The notes beneath the pieces were generated by a model. That model had not been told where the DNA came from, did not search any database, and was given only the letters and a program-made list of their open reading frames with translations. Shown piece by piece: positions 23,901 through 35,508 of a DNA stretch of 64,000 nucleotides. The DNA is taken from the NCBI RefSeq assembly GCF_963921235.1, contig NC_086097.1:222520001-222584000 (forward strand), in the 5' to 3' direction. How positions within the stretch are numbered: position 1 is the first letter of the stretch; every line of letters begins with the position of its first letter. This stretch comes from Mobula hypostoma (taxonomy: Eukaryota). Position numbers and translations under genes: made by a program.

Positions 23901-24557
23901 GGTCCCCCTGGGATTCAAGTGCGACCTGTCCTTTTAGTACAGGTCACGCCTGTCCCAAAAGAGGTCCCAATGATCCAGAAATCTGAATCCCTGCCGCCTG
24001 CTCCAATCCCTCAGCCACACATTTATCCTCCACCTCACTCTATTCCTATACTCACTGTCGCATGTCACAGGCAGTAATCCTGAGATTACTACCATGAGGT
24101 CCAGCTTCTCAACTTCCTTCCTAACTCCCTGTAGTCTGTTTTCAGGACCTCTTCCCTTTTCCTGCCTATGTTCCACGACCTCTGGCTGTTCTCCGTCCCA
24201 CTTCAGGATATCGTGGACGCGATCTGAAACACCCTGGCACCTGGGAGGCAAACTACCATCCGAGTTTCTTTCCTGCATCCGCAGAATCGCCTGTCTGACG
24301 CCCTAACTGTAGAGTCCCCTATCACTACTGCCTTTCTCTTCCTTTCCCTACCCCTCTGAGTCAGAGGCACAGCCACTGTTGCTTCCCCCAGGGAGGCCAT
24401 CCCCCCAACAGTACTCAAACAGGAGTACTTATTGTTGAGGGGGACAGCCACAGGGGTACTCTCTAGTATCTAACTCCTGCCTTTCCCTCTCCTGATTGTT
24501 CCCCACTTATCTGTCTCACGAGGCCCCGTTGTGACTACTTGCCTGTAGCTCCTCTCT
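20964..24557 (-). mobile_element. Near full-length CR1 LINE (ORF1 esterase part + ORF2 APE-RT), frameshifted
   Basis: VIGDSTVR and CLPGAR (ORF1), YFNASSIMNK and ITETW (APE), GVPQGSVLGPLLFVIFINDL and SKFADD (RT). TSD ATCACA at 20958-20963 and 24558-24563. Confidence 0.93.
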
Positions 24558-26044
24558 ATCACACTTCAGGATGAGAAAGCTTTGGATATAGTTCGGAAGA
24601 GATTTACTAGAATAGTTCTGGGTGCAAGGGATTTCAGGACATATACAAATTAGAAGGTTGTGCAGATCTAAGAGAGGTATTTGAAATCATGAACCTTTTG
24701 GTTATGAAGGAGGGTGAAAACTCAAGAAAATGAAGGTGTAAAGTTATGATGGCAAACAAACCAATCAGGATTTATGTGGAAGTATGTTTTAAGATTTGGA
24801 ATTCACAGCCTGATGAAATTGTGGAAAGTGTTTCTATGGCATTCCTTGAGGGGGCTTGGAAAAGAAATAATTACTGGGATACGAAAAAAATGAAGGAGAG
24901 TAAGATTTTAATTTCCCTTTAAAAGAGTCAGGGTAGAGTGGATGCTGTATTGTTCCTTTTCATATTTATTGTTAAAAATGAGAAGGAATAATTTGAAGGA
25001 CCTTGGGGAGAATGAAACTAATTGGTAGCTCTTTCAAAATGTCAGCTGGGTTGATTGGTCCTGTGTAAGATGTGATTCTACCACATAAACGTCACTATGA
25101 GTGAATGGTGCGATCACAACAGTCCTCAGTTAAACCCATAATTCACACCAGGGGAGTCTTAAAAATTTTCCTACCTAAAGCACAGCTTGTTTGTACATTA
25201 AATTCTGACTTTGTGCCAAGTGTTCATTTAACCTGCCTTTCATGGCATAGGGGCTACTGGAATAATAAGCATAGACTCTCCACTAGCAGAGGGAAAGACG
25301 TTGTTGGAGATAATATTATCTTAGTGTCAGAGCAATGGCTCAGATCCGGTCTACCTGTTAGTCATTTACACGTAATCTGCAGCTTCATCTCATCCCAATC
25401 TTTTGCACATTCATGGTCACATGTGGAAGTCCAGAATAAGTTGGAGACCAGAGTATCTCTCCTCCTGCTCCAGCACAAGAATTACTGTTGTGTACTACAT
25501 TAGAGAACTGATATGCATAGTGCTTAGATGCACTTCACATCCACCTTCTTTGTTCCATGTTGTGCATGGCTGCAACCCCCTTTGCTTTCAAGTTGAAGTT
25601 CAAGGTTCATGTTTAATTATCACTCAACCTTACATGAATGTAGCCAAATGAAACGGTGTTCCTCCAAGGTGCAAAACATATTAGCAACAACACACAGCAC
25701 ATAGCACATATGGCTATGATAGCAGAAAACGTATAGTCAAAAAAAAAATTAATAATATATATCCAAGTCCTTGAATGGCATGTCATATGGAATGATGGTG
25801 CATGGGATGTTGTCCTGATCCAGCTTATTCTTCCACCAAGCGAACACTGGAGGCAGTACCGAGCGGAGGGGCCAGCCCCAACGCTGCACAACCACAGAGG
25901 CCTCTGCTCTATCATACACTACTTTGGTGTCTCCTCTCCTAGGCATCTGTGATCCAAGATTCTGATCCTCGCCACAACCGAGACAACACAGCTCCCCTGC
26001 TATCGGACTTACCAATAGACCAGTGAATTGAACATGCAGTGTAT

Positions 26045-26602
26045 GGGGTGTCAGGGAGGAGTAGCACCTCTGGTGGGGGAACATGTCGCGTCCTTTTCAG
26101 GGCGGTTAGTCCACCTTTGGTCCCCACCTGGCACGCAGCTCTCACCTGTGGCTCCCCGTAGCTGTTTGCATGCGACAGCGGCCACTCCCTGGGCAACGGC
26201 TTCGACAAGCCGGCTAAACCAGGTGAGGGTAGCCGACGGGTCTCAAACCCTCGGTGAGATAGGGAGTTGTCTATCCCAGCATGTGAAGACAGACTCCGGC
26301 GGATTGAGCGGATGAGACCTATGGAAGGTCCAACGGTCAAGAAGGCGGTCTCTGCAAGCGTCGTGGAACGTGTAGAGAAGGACAAGACACAGAAGACGTC
26401 CTGGTCATCCACTGCGCCTAGTCCCATCTCCAGCCGTCTAGACTCTGTCCTGCCACTGGATCCAGATGGGAATTGGGAAGAGAGAGTGAGGCTGACGCTG
26501 CTCAACTCTCCCTCACTTAAATCCAAATCACGCGCTAGTCTCGACACCATCATAATGGTGTCGAGGTCCTCATCGACATCAACGATGGACGAACAACAAC
26601 AA
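26045..26602 (+). mobile_element. Young non-autonomous RTE-like retroelement with a structured head and (CAA)n tail
   Basis: Sharply GC/CpG-rich block. Perfect 11-bp hairpin CTCGACACCAT-cata-ATGGTGTCGAG at 26540-26565 and tail AACAACAACAA at 26592-26602. No A/B boxes and no RT motif. The 5' boundary is approximate. Confidence 0.7.
26056..26229 (+). ncRNA. Candidate HDV-like self-cleaving ribozyme
   Basis: P1 GAGGAGT/ACTCCCT, P2 CTCTCACCTGT/ACCAGGTGAGGG, P3 GGC/GCC, L3 starting TCCCCGT, P1.1 CC/GG, P4 GGCTT/AAGCC and J4/2 GGCTAA, all in canonical order. Confidence 0.65.
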
Positions 26603-26947
26603 TTCCACATTACCAATGTCCAACAGGGTTTTGCAATCAACAAAATAAACAAACGCCCCCCCCGTTTTTTGGACCCTGCACAGCCTCGGCACGACAACGG
26701 TCACAAAAATCCAGGTGACAACTTAACAACAGTATGTAATATGTCCAACTCCATCACTATTGAGCAACTTGCTGAAATGGTAGACCTGTACAACTTGACG
26801 TTCTTGATAACCAGTGGTGCCTTGCAATCATAAAAAAGACATAAAGGACAAACAACTGCACTTCGGTTGGACCCAAAGTTGCCATTGTGTCTGAGCTACT
26901 GCCATCTTACCATCATTCTATTATAACATGACCATAAGACATCAGAG

Positions 26948-27222
26948 TGTTGTTGCGTGGCCAAGTGGTTAAGGCGTTTGTCTAGTGATCTGAAGGTCGC
27001 TAGTTCAAGCCTTGGCTGGGGCAGCATGTTGTGTCCTTGAGCAAGACACTTAACCACACATTGCTCTGCGACGACACCGGTGCCAAGCTCGGTGGTGTGG
27101 TAGGGGAGACTTGCAGCATGGGCAACTGCTGGTCTTCAATGCAACCTTGCCCAGGCCTGCGCCCTGGAAACCTTCCAAGGCACAAATCCATGGTCTCACG
27201 AGACTAACGGATGCCTAAAAAA
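26948..27222 (+). mobile_element. tRNA-derived SINE with poly-A tail
   Basis: A-box TGGCCAAGTGG (26958-26968), B-box AGTTCAAGCC (27002-27011) and central GTGTCCTTGAGCAAGACACTTAACC. TSD AAGACATC(A/G)GAG at 26936-26947 and 27223-27234. Confidence 0.88.
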
Positions 27223-27442
27223 AAGACATCGGAGCAGAATTAGGCTATTTGGCCCATTCAATCATGACTGATTTTGCACTCCTCAGCCCCACTCCCTGGC
27301 CTTCTCCCTGTAACCTTTGATGCCATGTCCAGTCAAAAACCTATCAAGCTCTGCCTTAAATACACCCTCTGACCTGGCCTCCACAGCTGCCTGTGGTAAT
27401 GAGTTCCACAAATTCACCACCCTCTGACCAAAGAAATTTGTA
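27223..27442 (-). mobile_element. CR1 3' tail fragment
   Basis: GGAGCAGAATTAGGCTATTTGGCCCA ... GAGTTCCACAAATTCACCACCCTCTG. Confidence 0.8.
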
Positions 27443-28294
27443 CCATTATTTGTTTAACGTTAAGATGTTTTTAAATAAGTGTAATATTTTATTTAGAAAT
27501 CTGATCATTACTGATGTGGGTATAGAAGACATTTTAAGTGGGAATTCAAGAGAAATACAGATCCGTATCATAAAATATCTGAAAGACTCAGTTTTATTAT
27601 ATAGAATATAGGGAATGCAATTCTTTTCCCTTCTCCTGTTTATCCAACGATCCACACTCCAGTCTAGCAGGTGGCCGTAATGCACCTTAAAGCTGGTTTG
27701 TCAACTGCCATAAAACAACACAAGAAGAAGATGAAGAAATCTGATAATTTTTATATGTTTTAATTACTCATATCTGAGCAAATTTCAATTATCTCTGATT
27801 ATTACAGACATTTAAAAATAGTATTGAAGGCCATTCACAAGGCAGTGAGCTGTTAAAAGCCCTCAGGCCGCTCCAAGGATAGAAGCTGTAGATCTGATTC
27901 TTGAGGTAGTTGAAGTACAGAATATACTCTGCCTTGTGAAACCCACTCAGGTCTGTAAGGTCAGTGTAGCTTACCCTCTATGTACAGACCAGGTTAGTGT
28001 GAGCCAGTTTGGTAGGCACTGTGATCAAGCAACACAACAGGTCCTGGCCTGTTGAGGCACATGACCACCTGGGCTCTTTCCTAGGCCTAGCTATCTTCAA
28101 ATGCTATATCAATGAGCCTTCAGAAACAGAAGTAAGGATGATTGTCCTTGACTCCATAATGTTCAAACAATTCTCAACTCTTTAGATAATGAAGTAGATC
28201 CAGGCAGTATTCAAGCATAGGTCAACAAGTGTGACATAGTATTTTGCAAGATACAAGGGCAGTAATAATCATCTCCAATAAGAGAGATCTTTCT

Positions 28295-28853
28295 TTAACT
28301 TTCAATGTCAAAATAAATTTTATTATCAAAATATTTATATGTTACCATATACTACCCTGAGATACATTTTCTTGTCAGCAGGTATAGAAAAATAAAGAAA
28401 TACAATAGAATTTATGAACAAATATAAATAAACAATGAAGAACAACCAATCTGCAAAAGAAGATAAATAGTGCAACTAATGATTAAAAAAAACCAAACGT
28501 GTTGTAAAGTCCTTGAAAGCAAATCTCTAGATTGTGGAATCAGTGAAGTGAGAGAAGTTATCCACATCAGTTCAGGAACCTAATTGTTGTAGGGTAACAA
28601 CTGTTCCTGAAACTGGTGACGTGGGACTTGAGACTCCTGTACCTCCTGCCCGATGGAGGAAGCAAGAGGAGAGCATGGCTTAGATGGTAGATTCTACTTT
28701 CCTGTGGCAGTGCTCCATGTAAATGTGCTCAATAGTGGGGAAGGTTTTACCTGTGATGGGCTAAGCTGTATTCATCACATTTATAAACTTTTCCATTCCT
28801 GGTCATTGGTGTTTTCCATACCAGGCCGTGATGCAACCAGTTAGGATACTCTT
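28295..28853 (-). mobile_element. Decayed Rex1/Babar 3' fragment
   Basis: Similar to the reverse complement of other Rex1 C-termini (CTGTTCCTGAA...CTCCTGTACCTCCTGCCCGATGG; CCATACCAGGCCGTGATGCAACCAGTTAGGAT). Confidence 0.7.
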
Positions 28854-28857
28854 AATT

Positions 28858-31800
28858 ATAACATAAGACATAGGAGCAGAATTAGGCCAATTGGCCCATC
28901 AAATCTGCTCTGCCATTCAATCTTGGCTGATACTTTTTTTCCTTTTCTGCCCCACTCTTCAGTCTTCTTCCCATAACCTTTGATTAGATTCATTACATTA
29001 GATTAGATTCAACTTTATTGTTATTGTGCCGAGTACAGATACAAAGACAATGAAATGCAGTTAACGTCTAATCAGAAATGCAAAGAATAATGTTATTTAC
29101 AAAATAACTGCGAATAAAAAGTAAGTGCTACAGCACACAAATATAAAAGTGCTGAGAGAGTACAATGTGGGTGCAATAATGCTTAGTGCTGTGATGTGAG
29201 GTTCAGCAGGGTCACAGCCTCAGGGAAGAAGCTCTTCCTGTGCTTGCTGGTGTGGGACCAGAGGCTCCTGTAGCGCCTACTGGATGGGAGGAGAGCAAAA
29301 AGTCCATGGTTAGTGTGAGATGCATCCTTGATCATACTTTTCGCCCTGCCCAGGCAGCGTTTATGGTAATGTTCTCAATGGTGGGCAATTGGGTGCCAGT
29401 AATTCACTGGGCAGTTTTCACCACATACTGGAGTGTTTTGCGGTCTGATACGGGACAATTGCCATACCACACTGAGATGCAGTTGATAAGTATGCTCTCA
29501 ATGGTACAGCGGTAAAAGTCTGTCAGTATCCTGGGACAGAGGTGAGCTTTCTTGATGCTCCACAGGAAATAAAGGCGCTGTTGCACCTTTTTGATCAGGA
29601 TGGAGGAGTTCAGGGACCAGGTGAGATCCTCGGAAATGTGGACACCAAGGAATTTGAAGCTTGACACACGCTCCACTACAGCTCCGTTGATGTAGATGGG
29701 GACGTGAGTGTGGCTCCTAGCATGCCTGAAGTCCACAATGATCTCCCTGGTCACCTGGGTGTTAAGGGCCAGGTTGTTGTCGGCACACCATGCGGCCAGG
29801 TGCTGGACCTCATCCCTGTAGGCCGTCTCGTCATCCCCTTTTGTCATTCCGTGGCTATCAAGAACATATCAATCTCTAACTTAAATACACCTAACGACCT
29901 GGCGTCCACGCTGCCTGGGGTAACAAATTCCACAGTTTCACCACCCTCTGGCTGAAGAAATGTCTCCACATCTCTGTTTTAAATGGACACTCCTCTATCC
30001 TGAGGCTGTGCCCTCTTGATCTAGACTGTCCCACCATGGGAAACATCCTTTCCACATATACTCTGTCTAGGCCTTTCAACATTCGAAATGTTTCAAAGAG
30101 ATCACCCATCATCCTTCTGAATTTCAGCGAGTACAGACCCAGAGCCATCAAACGTTCCTCGTATGATAATCCTTTCATTCCCAGAAGCATCCTTGTGAAA
30201 CTCCTCTGAACCCTCTCCAATGCCAGCACATCTTTTCTTAGATGAAGAGCCCAAAACTGTTCACGATACTCAAGATGAAGCCTCAGCAGTGCCTTATAAA
30301 GCACCAGCAGCTTATCCCCGCTCTTATATTCTAGATCTCTTGAAATGAATGTGAATATTATGTTTGCCTTCCTCACCAGAGACTCAACCTGCAATTTTAC
30401 CTTTAGGGTGTTCTGTACAAGGACTCCCAGGTCCCTTTGCATCTCAGGTTTTTGGATTTTTTCCCCATTTAGAAAATAGTTTGCACACTTATTTCTACCA
30501 CTAAAGTGCATGACCACATATTTTCCAACATTTTATTTCATTTGCCACCTTCTTGCCCATTCTCCTAATCTGTCTCAAGTCCTTCTGCAGCCTTCCTATT
30601 TCTACCTGCCCCTCCATCAATCTTCATATCATCTGCAAACTTGGCAACAAAGCCATCTATTCCGTCATCTAAATCATTGACATATGGCAGAAAAAGAAGT
30701 GGTCCCAAAACTGACCTCTGCTGAGCACCACTAGCTGCCTCTTCTGGCAGCCAACCAGAAAAGGATCCTTTTATTCCCACTCACTGCCTCCTACCAATCA
30801 GCTAATGCTCTAACCATATTAGTAACTTTCCTATAATACCATGGGCTCTTAACGTGGTAAGCAGCCTCATGTGTGGCACTTTGTCAAAGGCCTTCTGAAA
30901 GTCCAAATATACAACATCCACTACATCCTACTTATCTATCCTACTTGTAACCTCCTCAAAGAACTCCAACAGGTTCATCAGGCAGGATCTTCCCTGAAGG
31001 AAACCATGCTGACTTTGTACTATCTTGTCCTGTGTCATCAAGTCCTCCATCACCTCATCCTTAACAATTGACTCTAACATCTTCCCAACCACTGAGGTCA
31101 GGCTAACTGGTCTATAATTTCCTTTCTGCTCCCTTCCTCCTTTCTTGAAGAGTGGAGTGACATTTGCAATTTTCCAGTCCTCTGGCACGATACCAGAATC
31201 CAATGATTTTTGAAAGATCATTTCTAATGCCATTACAATCTCTAAAGCTACCTCTTTCAGAACCCTTGGACGCAGTTCATCTGGTCCGGGTGACTTATGT
31301 ACCTTGAGGTCTTTCAGCTTTTTGAGCACCTCTCTTATTAACAATAACTGCACCCACTTCTCTTCCTTCACACACTACAACATCTGTCATACCGCTCGTG
31401 TCCACCACAGTGAAGACTGATGTAAAATACTCATTTAGTTCATCGGCTGTCTCGTCCCCCATTATTATTTCTCCTGCCTTATGACTTCAATATTATTTGC
31501 TAGCTTGCTTTGATATTTCATCTTTTTCTTTCTAATGATTTTTTTAGTTGCTCTCTGTAGGTTTTCATAAACTTCCTAATCCTCTATCTTCCCACTAATT
31601 TTTGCTTTGTTGTATGCCCTTTCTTTTGCTTTTACAATGGCTTTGACTTCCCTTGTCAGCCATGGTTGCATTATTTTACCCTTGAGTATTTCTTCATTTT
31701 TGGAATATATGTGTCCTGCGCCGTCCTCATCTTTCCCAGAAACACATGCCATTGCTGCTCTGCTGACATCCCTGCCAGCAGCTCTTTCCAAATTACTTTG

Positions 31801-32582
31801 GTCTACTCTTCTCTCATAACACTGTAATTTCCCTTACTCCATTGAAATACTGTTACATCAGACTTTACTTTCCCCCATCAAATTTCAAGTTGAACTCAAT
31901 TATATTGTGATCACTGATTCTTAAGTTTCTTTTACCTTAAGCTCACTTAAGATCTTAAGATCCATTGCCAACCTGATGTTTCCAATCTACCTGCATGTTA
32001 AAATCTCCCATGACTATCATAACATTGCCCTTTTGACAGCCTTTTCTATTTTCTGTTGTATTCTGTAGTCTACATCCCAGCTACTGTTTGGAGGGTTGTA
32101 TATAACCGCCATCAGGGTCCTTTTACCTTTGCAGTTTCTTAACTCAACCCGCAAGGATTCAACATATTCCAATCCTATGTCACATCTTTCTAATGATTTG
32201 ATGCCATTCTTCACCAGCAGAGCCACGCCACTCCCTCTGCCTACTTTCCTATCTTTCCAATGCAATGTGTAACCATGGACTTTCAGCTCCCAACTACAAC
32301 CATCATTTAGCCATAATTCAGTAATGGCCACAACATCGTACCTATCAATCTGTAAAAGTGCAACAAGATCATCTACCTTATTTCTTATACTCTGTGCATT
32401 AAGATATAATACTTTGCGTACTGTATTTGCACCCTTTTTGATTCTGCATCCCTAATGCACTGATACTCATCCTGCTGGCTACAGTTTTGTCCTATCATCT
32501 GCCTGATCTTCCTGACAGTTTGGTGCATATTATCTCTGGTTTTTTTACCATCTGTCCTATCCTGAGTCTCTAAAGGTCCCTA
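28858..32582 (-). mobile_element. CR1 LINE ORF2 (APE-RT) to 3' tail, split by a Rex1 insertion
   Basis: AITELWL, KSPGPDELRPRVLKE, QHGFLQGRSCLMNLLEFFE, AKFADD and LERVQRSFTRM. Confidence 0.92.
28985..29841 (-). mobile_element. Rex1/Babar LINE 3' fragment, different subfamily with (AATCT)n tail
   Basis: ORF 29404-29847(-) has DETAYRDEVQHLAAWCADNNLALN and FYRCTIESILINCISVWYG. The tail reads ATTAGATTAGATT on the plus strand. Confidence 0.9.
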
Positions 32583-34877
32583 TATATCCATAGAATTTTG
32601 TCAAAGTTTTAAGTAACATGCTAAACCTACTCAAACGTATAAGTAAAGGTGCTGTCGTGCCTTCTTTGTGATGGCATTTACATGTTAGTCCCAAGACAGA
32701 TGCTCTGATATGAAGAATTGCATGACATTTCAAACTAAAATTGATCTGACTAATATTTTTCTCCTGTAGAAACAAGAACAAAAGTGTTTTGCCAGCAATT
32801 TTGCTCTTAGTTTTAACTCTGACTGCTATGTATGAACTTTGAGAAAGATTTTCTCATTTAATTATGCTGAAATAAGTTGAGCAACAGGTGTTAAGTTCTT
32901 ATCATCAAGATTTGTGGGTGGAAGTGGACGATATCTTCAATGTCTTCATTGACTAGAAAAATTACTAGACTAGCTAAAAAAACACCGGCAAATCATGATG
33001 CCAATGTACAAGCTACCAACTACAGGATACAAAACTGAAGAAGCCCTTCTTCAACAGCTCAAGCAAATACATCACCTTTGCTGCCTAGAAGGACAGGGGC
33101 CAAAGGTGTTCATTGTCACCATGACCCACAAGTTTCACTTAAACTCACACACATTCTGATTTTAAAATATATTAATTTATTTTTATTGTAGTTGGATGTA
33201 ACTACTGAAACTTGCTTCATAACAACATTTTGACAGAATCTTCATGATGGCGACTATAATGAATCAAATAGCTAGCTCTTATATACCACCCCAATAGAAA
33301 TTAAGAATAATACTGATTTTACCAGCAGTAGGTACATATAGATGGAACTATGGAGAGCATAAAGAGGGTAATTGGGGCTTAATCTCTACCTTGCCAATAA
33401 ACTGACCTTGACTTATCTTCAATCTCTGACCATTCAGCCTTTGAAAATATTTGACAACAATTTCAATTTTCTAAAAAAAAAATTCAATTTTGACTTTCAA
33501 TGCTGCCATATTAAAATTTAAACCTTCAAGATTGCAGAAGTCCTTAAGAAATATGCACAGCATGAAGTTGATATCAGGAAGGGGAAATGATTCAGTCAAC
33601 AAACAACACCACAAATATACAGTGCAGGTAACCAATTTTCCATGAACTCGCAAATCAGTCCTATTAAAATCAGGTGAAAAATAGGAAATATATAAACTCC
33701 TAGTTAATACTTCATTAAAAAGATACATTATAAAGTTTGAGAATGATATTTGAATTTCTTATTTAATACACAATATCCGATATAATAGGAAGCTAACTAA
33801 ATCACATATATCATGGGATGGTTACATGTGGTTAAAGACCATAACTGAAGTGCCTTCTCACATATATGTAAGCTATAGAGCTATTTCAGTATGGAAGGCA
33901 GATTTCTCATTTTAGTTGAATATATGAATTTTTACTTTCAAGCTCAAGCTGTATCTATCCAAGTTAATTGGCATTTGACTTACGTTGGTAATTCTCCTGA
34001 GACATTAACTGTGTACAATTGCATAAAAACAAGACACAAGAAAGCCTTTAGGAAAGGCCATTCATTCAGTTAACCACACTCCATCTGGAGGCAAGGTATC
34101 ATTACTCCATCACAAATTAATTCACCCTAAAACACTTGTTGCCTTGTGCTTTGAGAAGCAATGGCTGTTTTTTCCTATCTCCTGATGGTGAAAAAATGCC
34201 ATCAGGAAGGGGAAATGATTCAGAACAACAAACAACACCACAAACACACAGTACATAAATAATAATCTCCCTTCTGAACTAATACTGAGCCAGTTTGTTG
34301 TTAATACTTCCAATTGTTCTCAAATTGACGAAGAATTGGAGAATGTAAAGCCTAGCTAAATGTAATATCAAGGGTTACCGTAAAGGATTTCACACAAAAC
34401 TGCAGCAAGGGGAACTCTACTCAAGCTTAAAAGTGTTAGTGTGAGATTTACAATTAGATAAGAGGCAAGCTAAAATTGATCACGATTTCTTGCAGATCAG
34501 AGGAAAATATGAGTATTTCGGAACCTAACATGATTTCAGCAAGAAATAAAGCTTTACATCCAGGCTGCAGCTTATTGTCCAGTTTTGTTTGCAACTTCAG
34601 CAATAGGTGAGAAATGAATGCATTTCTGGTAGTGTAATAAAGAAAATCTCCTGCTATTCTCCTTACTTAGCCAAAGGTAATTTCTCCCAATGCCTCTGCT
34701 TGCAGACATATATTGACACCCAGTATAACCACCCCTTGAATTTATAATTTTCAGCCTCATATAAAATTCCTTATTGCCTCATTATTTGCTATTGTCAGTA
34801 ACATACTTCATCCTTAAAAAATATTTCCGTTTGCTCAGGGGCCGAAAATGTAGCACGGAACAATTTTTTAAAATTAA

Positions 34878-35508
34878 GATCCCGGAAGCAGGATATACTC
34901 GCGCTTCCCCTCAGCGGATGATAGCCTTTTCAACCTTATTGGCTAGGAAAGCCATTTTACTTAAATGGAAGGACCCTAACCCTCTTACCGCCTTTTATTG
35001 GCTTTCCTCTATCGTGTCCTGTTTAAGTCTAGAGAAAATAAGAAGTCGGACGTTGAATACATCCTTCAAATTTGAAGGAATCTGGCAACCTTTTATTCAA
35101 TATTTTCATATGATCTAATTTTTGTACTGATTCTCTTCCAGCTATTTTTTCAGAACCTTGGATTTGATCAGAGAGTCTCTCTTCTCTTGGTTTTTCTATC
35201 AGGATGGACTGCCCAGTCTTTTTTCTCTGTTTAGAATAGTGGGTTTTTTTTCTTTTTTTTAATACAAAAATTTCTAATAGTCCTTCCTTTCTTCATAAAT
35301 TGATAAGAGGAGAATGAATTACATTCTCTTTTTCTGTATTATACATTCTATATCAAATTTATACTTTGTAGATCAGCACTATGTGTGATTCTGATATTGT
35401 TTATTTTACCTTCTGTACGTACTGTTATTGACATATATACCAGAGGTATTCTCCTCTTGTTTGTATACACACTTTTTTAATCAATAAAAAGATAGAAAGA
35501 AAAAAAAT
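34878..35508 (+). mobile_element. L1/Tx1-clade LINE 3' end
   Basis: IAFSTLLARKAILLKWK...SLEKIR...IWQPFIQYF; AATAAAAAGAT and an A-rich tail. Confidence 0.82.

Larger units (their letters stand above)
25588..26912 (-). mobile_element. Non-coding interspersed repeat with (TTGAA)-like tail, split by the element at about 26045-26602
   Basis: Tail TTCAAGTTGAAGTTCAAG on the plus strand; the minus-strand start AAGATGGCAG resembles that of 2071-2883. Confidence 0.4.

Noticed and set aside
25939..26833. Overlapping long ORFs (252 aa minus, 188 aa plus) as a novel protein gene
   Set aside because: They cross the boundaries of a GC-rich repeat insertion, have low-complexity Ser/Arg/Leu composition and no domain motifs; stop codons are rare in such GC-rich sequence.
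26948..27020. tRNA gene (also 5430-5495)
   Set aside because: A/B boxes are present, but there is no complete cloverleaf, and each continues into a SINE body and tail inserted in a CR1.
32745..32840. Host exon after an acceptor-like CTAAT...TTTTTCTCCTGTAG
   Set aside because: All three frames close quickly, there is no strong donor and the peptide is unrecognisable.
33573..33730. C/D-box snoRNA pair for the duplicated motif
   Set aside because: CTGA boxes are present on the minus strand, but there is no RTGATGA C box at a suitable distance.
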